From: Spirochaetes bacterium GWB1_36_13
Lineage (GTDB): Bacteria > Spirochaetota > GWB1-36-13
Assembly (NCBI GenBank): GCA_001829155.1
Contig: MIAO01000144.1
Coordinates: 1-49,765, forward strand
DNA: 49,765 bases
Direction: 5' to 3'
Shown here: in pieces, positions 1-7,915 of the stretch
Position numbering within the stretch: position 1 is the stretch's first letter
Layout: each line of letters begins with the position of its first letter
Made by a program: the position numbers and the translations under genes
Notes under the pieces: generated by a model
What the model saw: the letters and a program-made list of their open reading frames with translations, nothing else
The model's database searches: none
Told to the model about the DNA's origin: nothing

Positions 1-191
1 ATCATTTTTGGATCTGAAAAAGATTTCCTTGAATTTCTAGTAATAACTGTATATCTATACTTTGGATTAATTTTATTTTTTTTAAATGTAGATGAAATTA
101 AATCATGTAAGTATAAAATATCTTTTTTTTTCAAAGAGGTAGAGTTTATTAAGCTAATTTCCTCATTTGGAATATCAAATTCTTCAATCAA
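1..191 (-). CDS. Partial hypothetical protein; first cassette gene of the second (degenerate) integron-like platform
   Basis: TTG start at 191 preceded by AAGGAG; frame open to window edge (MIEEFDIPNEEISLINSTSLKKKDILYLHDL...); begins about 40 bp after GTTGGGT core at 234. Confidence 0.6.
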   Translation of the reverse strand, partial: MIEEFDIPNEEISLINSTSLKKKDILYLHDLISSTFKKNKINPKYRYTVITRNSRKSFSDPKM

Positions 192-225
192 ATTATTCTC
201 CTTTAAATCACATTTAACATGCATT

Positions 226-266
226 GCACCCAACTCCATATATACGACAAAACTTTCGTATATTCC
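226..266 (-). other. Putative attI-like site of second platform
   Basis: + strand gcacccAAC-tccat-atatacga-caaaactt-tcgtatat-tcc; same motif and same position (just 3' of an integrase stop) as 9700-9770; minus strand reads GTTGGGT (GTTRRRY). Confidence 0.7.
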
Positions 267-290
267 GGATACACTGGTAAAGTACGACAT

Positions 291-442
291 TTAATTATCC
301 AGCGGACTCCTTACATTTCTAATCGTCTGAGCGCTCACATGAGTATAAATCTCAGTTGTTTCACTCGATTTATGACCCAGTAATTCCTGAATCATCCTCA
401 AATCAGTTCACGCTTCTTTTTTATTTCCAATATTCTCTCCAC
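291..442 (-). pseudogene. Internally deleted integrase remnant
   Basis: GTG-ERILEIKK N-terminus nearly identical to 10834 start, fused out of frame to C-terminal [38 protein letters not shown] (cf. [39 protein letters not shown]); about 870 bp of the middle missing. Confidence 0.88.
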
Positions 443-525
443 AATTCAAAAATAAATATATAAAAAAATTTATAATAAGCAAAAAAATATTGACTCAACC
501 CTGAAAGCAGGCTAGGCGGGAAAAT

Positions 526-669
526 TTCAGATAATGTTCCCGCGATATGTGATGCTCCTGAGGCTTAGAAGGGTGCAGTCTGAGGGTCGTGAGCAGAGCG
601 AACCCCCGAAGCAAACCCTGTCCCGTCAGGGCTTGCCGATGGAGTATCATATATCGTGTGTTATGTGAA
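526..669 (-). repeat. attC-like recombination site (distal; belongs to RNase cassette)
   Basis: + strand ttcagatAAT-gttcc-cgcgatatgtgatgctcc ... ggagtatcatatatcgtg-t-GTTatgtgaa; long imperfect palindrome immediately after the stop of the 631-aa ORF. Confidence 0.8.
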
Positions 670-673
670 GGAT

Positions 674-2569
674 TTAGTTTTTAATTACTTGCTGTGTAGT
701 CTTAAAGTTTAGTTTCGCAATTTTAGTTAACTCTCCTTCTCCATTTTTTTCTATAATAGATTTTGTAACTTTTATTACCGTTTCATTTGCTCCTTTTGGA
801 ATAGTAATTCCATATTTTATTCCCATAGCTTCGATAGATGTTAAAAACCCTTCTCTTGCTAAAATAGATGCAGCTGCTACTGCAATATCTCTTTCAGCTT
901 TGTGAATTTGCAGTAACTCTATTTTTTTCCCATTTTCCATTAATGCCTTATTTATATATTCTTCATTTCCAAATTGGTCTGCAATTGCAGCTGTACAATC
1001 ATTTTTTATTAATAAGTTTTCGATTGCTCGTGCATGCCCCCATGCTAATAATTCGTTCATATTTTTCATTTTGTCGTATAACTCATTGTATTTTTCTGGA
1101 TTTATTTTAATAACACTATATTTATCTTCTCCTACAAGTCTCCTGATTTCTGGAGCCATTTCTTTAATTTTGCTATCACTTATTGTTTTACTATCTTTAA
1201 CGCCCAATGATTTTAATTTCTCGTTTGTTTCTTTATCAACATATACTCCAGCAATTACAATTGCTCCTAAGTAGTCACCTTTTCCAGATTCGTCAGTTCC
1301 AATATGTGATTCTTTTGTAAAACTTAGAAATTTTTCTTCTTTTTCTTTATTGATTTGATTAGAGTCTTTTTCTACATTTTGCACTACTAATAAATCTTTT
1401 TCTTCACTTTTATATGTTTCATCTTTTTTTGTTTGACAAATATCTTCATCCGTTAACCCCGCTCTTATCAAAATATTGTAGGCATCTCTCATACAAGCTT
1501 TTATTTCACCAACTTTATCAAATGCTTCCTCAGGATTTTGAATACAAATTATTCTTCTATCTCCTAATGGGTCAGAATGCATTTCTTTACATCTACTTCC
1601 TTCCCAAATTGCTATCATTTTTTCTAGAACATATCCATATCGTCTTTCATCTGTAATATATTTTTTAAATTTTAGTTTTCTCAATGCATTTCCTACATCG
1701 GCAATTTCAGGATTTTTCTTGTAATCTTCAATAGTGAAAAAGTCTTTTTCTATCATTATTTTTATTATAAATCCTTCATATACTTTGGCAAACTGTGCAA
1801 CTAAAAAATTATATTCATCCAATTTTTCACTTACTTTCTTAATAATTTCTACTAACGCTAATCCTGTTGAATATGTCTTCTTATCATTTTCAAACAAGTA
1901 ATCCTCAAATCCCTCTGGAAAATTTTTAACTCTTTCGTTCATCTTCAATAACATTTCTGAGTTTTCTTTAATTTCTTTCTCAATTTTATTTTTTTCTTTT
2001 GCAGAAACATAAAAAAGTGCTCTTTCCATATCATCCAAAGGCTTATAAGCATTTATTATTTCAGCAACTTTATCTATTAAGTCAGAATAAATTCCTTGAA
2101 CCACTAAATTTCCACTTTTATACAATGTAACAACACAAGAAAAGTCATAATAAGTTATTTTATATATAAATTCCTGATGTTCATGTTTTTCCAACTTCTC
2201 AATTTGAAAAGTATTTTCTATTGATTCTTTAATTATTTTTTGAATTTCAGTGTCTTGAATTTTGATTGATGCACTAACAGGAATTCTATTTTCAACTCCA
2301 TCAGGTTTTATTACTTTTAACTCTAAATTACTACAAAATATATTTTCAAAATCTTGTGTAGCCTTTTCAATTATAATTTTAGAAGAATTCTTACCTTTAA
2401 AATATATTATGATTGAAGCAAATTCTTTGGAATGTTCTATATTCAATTTATATCCACAACCGTTATTTATTTCTTTTTCTTCTATCACTTTTGCCCCAAT
2501 CTGACTTATTTTCTCTTTGACTATCATTATAGAATCTTCTTTTTGTTTTACAAATTCAATGCTTTTCAT
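674..2569 (-). CDS. RNase LS (RnlA-like, TBP-like domains + HEPN) fused to C-terminal RNase HIII-type domain
   Basis: C-terminal IGTDESGKGDY...GVKDSK...DQF...AVAAASILAR (RNase HII/HIII); TLYKSGNLVVQG TBP-like motif; middle EYNFLVAQFAKVYEGFI and R-x4-H (RCKEMH) resembling RnlA HEPN; RBS GAGGGG. Confidence 0.72.
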   Translation of the reverse strand: MKSIEFVKQKEDSIMIVKEKISQIGAKVIEEKEINNGCGYKLNIEHSKEFASIIIYFKGKNSSKIIIEKATQDFENIFCSNLELKVIKPDGVENRIPVSASIKIQDTEIQKIIKESIENTFQIEKLEKHEHQEFIYKITYYDFSCVVTLYKSGNLVVQGIYSDLIDKVAEIINAYKPLDDMERALFYVSAKEKNKIEKEIKENSEMLLKMNERVKNFPEGFEDYLFENDKKTYSTGLALVEIIKKVSEKLDEYNFLVAQFAKVYEGFIIKIMIEKDFFTIEDYKKNPEIADVGNALRKLKFKKYITDERRYGYVLEKMIAIWEGSRCKEMHSDPLGDRRIICIQNPEEAFDKVGEIKACMRDAYNILIRAGLTDEDICQTKKDETYKSEEKDLLVVQNVEKDSNQINKEKEEKFLSFTKESHIGTDESGKGDYLGAIVIAGVYVDKETNEKLKSLGVKDSKTISDSKIKEMAPEIRRLVGEDKYSVIKINPEKYNELYDKMKNMNELLAWGHARAIENLLIKNDCTAAIADQFGNEEYINKALMENGKKIELLQIHKAERDIAVAAASILAREGFLTSIEAMGIKYGITIPKGANETVIKVTKSIIEKNGEGELTKIAKLNFKTTQQVIKN

Positions 2570-2640
2570 CGTTCCCCTCTCTTTATAAAACTATTTTTAT
2601 TTTATAATATTTAGAATATAATTTCTTCGTTTTGAATCTT

Positions 2641-2804
2641 TCACCTAACATTTGCGACTATAAGACCGAGTAGGGTTTGCCATGAGCAAACCCGTAAGCG
2701 AGGCAAGGGAACGAAGTAACCGCAGCGTTCGGCTGAAAGCCGAATGTCGGGCGAAGCCCTGGAGGGCAGCTTGACTGCCCAGAGTGATAGTCGCTGTTGT
2801 GTGA
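2641..2804 (-). repeat. attC-like recombination site (belongs to membrane-protein cassette)
   Basis: + strand tcacctAAC-attt-gcgactat ... atagtcgc-t-GTTgtgtga; minus strand ends GTTAGGT; internal GC-rich sub-hairpins. Confidence 0.82.
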
Positions 2805-2815
2805 TGTAACTATTT

Positions 2816-3223
2816 TCACAGTGCGGCATTTTTCATTGGTTCTCTGTTAAAAAGATTATAAAAATAAAAACATAATACACCGATGAGAAAGGTAAAAAGG
2901 AAATTAACGATTGTGATTATTTCTATCTGTCCATTTATAATTTTAGTGAGAGAAAGCAAGATAGTTATTAACATGTGAAAAGCTCCGGATTTCACATATA
3001 CATTATTGAATGGGATTTTACTTTGTATTTTCAAAAATAATATGGAGAGGAGACCACCAATGGCTCCAACACCAACGATCAGAAAGAGCATAAAAATAAT
3101 CATTGATTTGATTTTGTCATTTTCAAATTTTATCGATCCAAGTATAATTAGATATAAAAAATTGAATATATATAAAATCATATATGCAATCATTCCGCCT
3201 AAAAATCCTTTTTTTAAATTCAT
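2816..3223 (-). CDS. Small multi-pass membrane protein, unknown function (cassette gene)
   Basis: 135 aa, about four hydrophobic segments, GGAG RBS, fills the space between two attC-like sites. Confidence 0.75.
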   Translation of the reverse strand: MNLKKGFLGGMIAYMILYIFNFLYLIILGSIKFENDKIKSMIIFMLFLIVGVGAIGGLLSILFLKIQSKIPFNNVYVKSGAFHMLITILLSLTKIINGQIEIITIVNFLFTFLIGVLCFYFYNLFNREPMKNAAL

Positions 3224-3269
3224 GTAAACTCCATGTTTTTATTTGCCGCACATTACGAAAATAGTTATT

Positions 3270-3453
3270 TCACACAATGTTCTGCGGCGAGATGCGGTAC
3301 CGAAAAGGGTAGTAGCCGCCACATACAATATTACTAACCTTAAAAATCTAAACCAAAAACTGGTGAAATAAAAGCCACATTTTTGGTATCGAGGGAAATC
3401 CGTAATTTTAGGATTTTTGATGATTTTCCCGTCATTGCGCCGCTGTTATATGA
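3270..3453 (-). repeat. attC-like recombination site (belongs to GNAT cassette)
   Basis: + strand tcacacAAT-gttct-gcggcg...ggtaccgaaaa ... ttttggtatc...cgccgc-t-GTTatatga. Confidence 0.75.
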
Positions 3454-3476
3454 TGGCGCGCATTCATTTAAAACAA

Positions 3477-4361
3477 CTATTTTAAAACAGAACAATAAAA
3501 AGGGTGGTAAAAATCTTCTTCATACCCCAATTTATTTGCAACTCTTCTTGAGCCAATATTATCAAAATTTGTTCCCCAAATTGGATTAAATCCATTTTCA
3601 AGACAATACATAATCATTGCTGCTGCTGGATATACTCCTAAACCTTGACCTCTAAAGTTTTGATCCGTTTCAATTCCAACATCAATCATATCATTTGAAA
3701 TAAATGAAGAAAATGATGTACTAACAACCATTTCGTCTTTTAGAAGGCAATAACCAATTCCTTTGCTTAAGAATTTTTCCATAGTGTCCCATGAAAAACT
3801 AGGTATGATTTTACCAGTGATTTTTATATAATTTTTCTCATCAATTCTTTTTAGTTTAAAACCTTTTGGAATCTGGTTAAAAAAGTCTTGTCGGTTGATA
3901 AATACAGATTTATTGAACTTGAATCGTACTCGTTCAAAGGCAAGAACATTTTCAGATAAAACTTTTTTTAGCGTTATTATTTTTTCATCTTGATCCAGGT
4001 TAGAGTCATTGCAAATCACTGAATAATCTTTTAGGCGATCTCCTAGCAAATTATTTAGTTTTTCATTCCAGGTATCAGGATATGTCACCAAGCGGATTTG
4101 TTTGGGTTTAGTATTAGCTTCTTTTAACATTATTTCAATCAGCTGATGATTAAATAAATCGTTGTTTTGATTTCCGCATAAAAGGGAGAATCCTGAAACA
4201 AAGTGAGAAATAAATGCCGTGTTAGGATGTTGAATATTGTCAACAAAAATAGAACCATTTTGTATTTGATCGATTACTGCTTGTGCAAACACTTTGTCAA
4301 AATTGACATCTTCAACAAGCGGCAAAACAAGATGATATTGGCTAGGTTCAATTTTAATCAT
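3477..4361 (-). CDS. GNAT family N-acetyltransferase (cassette gene)
   Basis: DVGIETDQNFRGQGLG acetyl-CoA motif and NIGSRRVANKLGY; start moved to MIKIEPSQ (4361, GGAG upstream) because the longer ORF begins inside the attC-like site. Confidence 0.85.
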   Translation of the reverse strand: MIKIEPSQYHLVLPLVEDVNFDKVFAQAVIDQIQNGSIFVDNIQHPNTAFISHFVSGFSLLCGNQNNDLFNHQLIEIMLKEANTKPKQIRLVTYPDTWNEKLNNLLGDRLKDYSVICNDSNLDQDEKIITLKKVLSENVLAFERVRFKFNKSVFINRQDFFNQIPKGFKLKRIDEKNYIKITGKIIPSFSWDTMEKFLSKGIGYCLLKDEMVVSTSFSSFISNDMIDVGIETDQNFRGQGLGVYPAAAMIMYCLENGFNPIWGTNFDNIGSRRVANKLGYEEDFYHPFYCSVLK

Positions 4362-4401
4362 AAGAAGATTACTCCATACTAAATATTTTTTTTGCGCGCT
4401 T

Positions 4402-4556
4402 TCATATAATGTTCCGTGTGTTGCCGAAGTTGCCAGCACCACAAACTTTATTTCTAAATTTACAAAATAATCCAAGCAAAACTAAATCTCCCAAATTCTA
4501 ACAAGATGCTGGCAATTTGGGTGAGCGCAGCGAACCGGCAACACACTGTTATCTGA
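4402..4556 (-). repeat. attC-like recombination site (belongs to R-M cassette)
   Basis: + strand tcatatAAT-gttcc-gtgtgttgccg-aagttgccagca ... tgctggcaattt...cggcaacacac-t-GTTatctga; arms near-identical to 7708-7872. Confidence 0.85.
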
Positions 4557-4597
4557 TGTGCCGTGCTAAATACCAATCAGTACGCCATGGATGGCGT

Positions 4598-5674
4598 TTA
4601 TTTATTTTTGTTTTGGTTTTCTAAATATTCTAAATATTTAATTATTTTTTTATATTCGATTAGTTGCATATATTCTTCCATGTAGTGATAATCTGGATTT
4701 TCATTCTCATTAATAGGTAATATTATACTCTCTTTTTCCAATCTTGTAGAACTTCTTTTATAGCCAAAATTGTATTTACCCCTTACTTTATCAGCAACAG
4801 TAGTTATAAAAGTTCCACTATATCTATTAATATTTGGACTGTATCCTAAGGTCATATCCGAAGTTGCAATAAAATCCTCAGCTTTATAAACTGAGTATCC
4901 CATAGAACCTTCTCCATTTCTTATAAATGCAATACAATTACCTTTCTGAATTAACTTATTATCTTTATTTACTTGGCACAAAACCCCATTATTTTGATTA
5001 GTTGCACCTAAATAATTAATTCCTTTTTTAGATTTGTTTAAATGATTCAAACCTTTAGATTTACCTGGTACTAACCTTTCAAAGAGTTTACCTATTTTAA
5101 ATTCTTTCCATTCTTTTTGTGATAAAAATTTCAGATTATTTGAATAATTAATACCTTCTATTTTAGACAATATATACTTCTTGTATTTTTCAATCAGAAG
5201 TTGCTCCTTATCTTGCATAAAAGATTCCATAAATTCATAGTCGGGTTTACCATTTAGATTTACAGGTAAAAGTATTTTTTCTTTTTTGATTCGATTATCG
5301 TTGATTTCACGGTTATAGCTATATTTTTCATCTAAACGCGAAACTATATTCGCAATAAATAGATAAATATATTTATTAAAATTAGGATTTTCCAATTTAG
5401 TAACATGATCACTAGCAATAAACCTATAAGGTTGGTAAAAACAAGCTCCGACACTTCCACTATTCGCAATAGATAAACAATTAGAAAAAATTCTCACATC
5501 AGATGTATTGCTTATAAAGTTATCAACTCCATTATTCAAGGCAGTTGAAGAAATATAAGGCATTTTTCCTAAAAAATGGTCATTAGTTTTAAGTCGCTTC
5601 CCTCTTTGGATATTAGGAAAAACCTCATTAATGAAAAATTCTTGCCATTTTAAACCGTTCAATCTGTTTTTCAT
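4598..5674 (-). CDS. Restriction specificity subunit (BcgIB-like, two TRDs)
   Basis: Two repeated W(Q/K)EF.I...I.LP.N....PDY..ME..M units; coupled to upstream methylase/nuclease. Confidence 0.85.
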   Translation of the reverse strand: MKNRLNGLKWQEFFINEVFPNIQRGKRLKTNDHFLGKMPYISSTALNNGVDNFISNTSDVRIFSNCLSIANSGSVGACFYQPYRFIASDHVTKLENPNFNKYIYLFIANIVSRLDEKYSYNREINDNRIKKEKILLPVNLNGKPDYEFMESFMQDKEQLLIEKYKKYILSKIEGINYSNNLKFLSQKEWKEFKIGKLFERLVPGKSKGLNHLNKSKKGINYLGATNQNNGVLCQVNKDNKLIQKGNCIAFIRNGEGSMGYSVYKAEDFIATSDMTLGYSPNINRYSGTFITTVADKVRGKYNFGYKRSSTRLEKESIILPINENENPDYHYMEEYMQLIEYKKIIKYLEYLENQNKNK

Positions 5675-5676
5675 AA

Positions 5677-7569
5677 TTATTCGTCCAACCCAAACAAATA
5701 ACCTTTGCCATGAGTTACCATATTAAACTCAAAAGTCAGGTAATCCGCCATAGTGTTTTCAAAATCCTCATCACATGGGATTTCATCATTAAAATAATAA
5801 AAAGAATGCAACCATTCATCTTCTGGCTCTATAATTGTTTTAACCATAAACCTACTTTCAGCAGGTGCATCATGTCTCCAACAAGATATTAAGCGAGCTT
5901 TTTTTTCTTTTGCTCTTTCTGTTTCTATAAGACCAATATGTTTATTAACAACAAATCCATCATCTTCAAAATTAATAAATTTACAATACTTTTCTTTTGG
6001 GTGGGGCTTGTGTGCTGTAAAAATAGCTATACATGTATTTGTACCTATCCCATAAAAAGTATTTTTATTAAGAGTTATAACACCTTCTAATGAGTGTTTT
6101 TCTAATATATTTTTTTTCACAAGTTTATCTTCATTGGTTTTCCCAACCATAGTTGATTGAGGAACAATCACTGCACATTTTGCGCCATCTGATAAAGAAT
6201 CTAATAAATGCTTGACAAAAGATATTTCAGTCAAATGCGCATTTTCTTTTACTTTTCCTTGAGAATAAGGAGGATTCATTAAACCAATTGTAAACTTATT
6301 TTTTTTAAATTCTTCAGCAGACCTATTTAAAAAATCATCACAAACAAGGTTACTTTTTCCATCTCCTCTTAAAATCATATTTGTAGTAGCAATTGAAAAC
6401 ATATCTTCTCTTACTTCTATACCAAATATTTGATCTTTTTTTATTTTATTTCTGTCTTTTGGTTCGGCTTTTTTTAACATATAGTGCATAGCTGCAATTA
6501 AAAAACTTCCTGTTCCACAACATGGGTCAAAAACAATATCAGAAGGTTGAATATCCAATAATTCACAAAACAATTCAGTAATATGTTTTGGAGTAAGTAC
6601 CACACCTAAAGTTTGACCATCGCCACCACTATACCTAATAAATTCACCATAAAATCGACCTAAAACATCTTCTGGAGTATTTGCAATGACAGATTTTAAA
6701 ATGTTATTTTTTAAGTATTCTGTAAAATATTTTAAAGGAGTCTTTTCTAATCGAGTATCTATGCGATTTAACAAAGTCCTGTCTTTTATTGTGGTGAATT
6801 GATTTAAAATTTTATCTTTTTTTGTTTCAGGTTGAACTTCTACCCTAGTCATATATGTGGAAAGTGCGTCAAATATTTTTTGCCCGTCTGTTTTTAAAGA
6901 ATCACCAATCAAGGAATCAATAGTAAATGAATTATCTTGTAACGCTAATAAAATAGCGGAAACAATAAGAGGTTTTTCTGAATCACCTAATTGGCCATAA
7001 TTTCTGAGATATTCATTAAGTTCTTTAGATTTGCTTAGAATATCTTCCAGTTCAAGAGCTTCAGCAGGTGTTTCTTTTAAAACTTGTTCTTTGTAATATT
7101 TTTCTATGTTTTCTTCAGAAAAATTTTCAAAGTTTTCAACATTTTGAAGAATCTTATACCCATTTTCATCAACATAAATAGGTTTAATTTTATGGTGTTT
7201 TTCATTTCCAGAACAACCAAAAGCAAATATTTTTTTAAAATTAGTTTTTGTAAAAATTTCTTGTGCATAATGGAGAGCTCCATTTTCAGCATAATCAGAA
7301 ATAGATTTATTATCCATTAATAATGTAAAGCCATCATCATTATCATAAATAGCTTGTTTATTTAAATCAGCTTTATCCTCAATAACAATAATAAAATCTT
7401 TTGATTTACCAACAAATTCAGGAAATCCACTTTTACCAGTTCCTTTTTTTGAAGCTGTTTTAAGGGCATCTTGTATTTCTTTTATATCGCTCCCATTTGG
7501 TGTAAATTTTATTTTTGCATTATTTAATAAATTTCCTATAAAAAAATCAGTCTTTCTTTCATTCGCCAT
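5677..7569 (-). CDS. Type IIB restriction-modification enzyme alpha subunit (BcgIA-like nuclease + N6-adenine methyltransferase)
   Basis: N-terminal ALKTASK.G.G..G.PEF...IEDK nuclease motif; DPCCGTGSFL (motif I), NPPY (motif IV); start at MANERKT with GGGG RBS (ORF track starts 7587). Confidence 0.85.
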   Translation of the reverse strand: MANERKTDFFIGNLLNNAKIKFTPNGSDIKEIQDALKTASKKGTGKSGFPEFVGKSKDFIIVIEDKADLNKQAIYDNDDGFTLLMDNKSISDYAENGALHYAQEIFTKTNFKKIFAFGCSGNEKHHKIKPIYVDENGYKILQNVENFENFSEENIEKYYKEQVLKETPAEALELEDILSKSKELNEYLRNYGQLGDSEKPLIVSAILLALQDNSFTIDSLIGDSLKTDGQKIFDALSTYMTRVEVQPETKKDKILNQFTTIKDRTLLNRIDTRLEKTPLKYFTEYLKNNILKSVIANTPEDVLGRFYGEFIRYSGGDGQTLGVVLTPKHITELFCELLDIQPSDIVFDPCCGTGSFLIAAMHYMLKKAEPKDRNKIKKDQIFGIEVREDMFSIATTNMILRGDGKSNLVCDDFLNRSAEEFKKNKFTIGLMNPPYSQGKVKENAHLTEISFVKHLLDSLSDGAKCAVIVPQSTMVGKTNEDKLVKKNILEKHSLEGVITLNKNTFYGIGTNTCIAIFTAHKPHPKEKYCKFINFEDDGFVVNKHIGLIETERAKEKKARLISCWRHDAPAESRFMVKTIIEPEDEWLHSFYYFNDEIPCDEDFENTMADYLTFEFNMVTHGKGYLFGLDE

Positions 7570-7707
7570 CTTATTCCCCAATTCCATAGTTTATGAATAA
7601 TTAGTAAGTCATTAAAATTTATAGTTTTTCTTCCCAAAAGTCATCTTTTATCTTTCTTAGCCTGCACGGATGCAGGCTCTTAATATACAAAACTCTGGCA
7701 CGGCATT

Positions 7708-7872
7708 TCAGATAACGTTCCGTGTGTTGCCGAAGTTGCCAGCCTAACATATAACACACTTTTAAATTTATTCAACAAATCACCCCAAAACCAACACCTG
7801 AAATATCAATATTGCTGGCAATTTGGGAGAGGGCGGCTCGCCCGCCCGAACCGGCAACACACTGTTATACGA
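7708..7872 (-). repeat. attC-like recombination site (belongs to TIR/cyclase cassette)
   Basis: + strand tcagatAAC-gttcc-gtgtgttgccg-aagttgccagc ... gctggcaattt...cggcaacacac-t-GTTatacga. Confidence 0.85.
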
Positions 7873-7915
7873 AGTTTTTAGCCTAAAAATAAAAAAACAT
7901 AATTAGGAATAATAA

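Noticed and set aside
674-2569. Housekeeping rnhC
   Set aside because: About twice the usual length, with an inserted HEPN-like region, and located in a cassette.
2641-2829. 62-aa minus-strand ORF
   Set aside because: Coincides with the GC-rich attC-like palindrome; likely spurious.
4362-4475. N-terminal extension of the cassette GNAT in the ORF track
   Set aside because: Runs through the neighbouring attC-like site; better RBS and start at 4361.
526-7872. CRISPR array interpretation of the recurring palindromes
   Set aside because: Repeats are 144-184 bp, divergent and separated by whole genes; no cas operon in the window.
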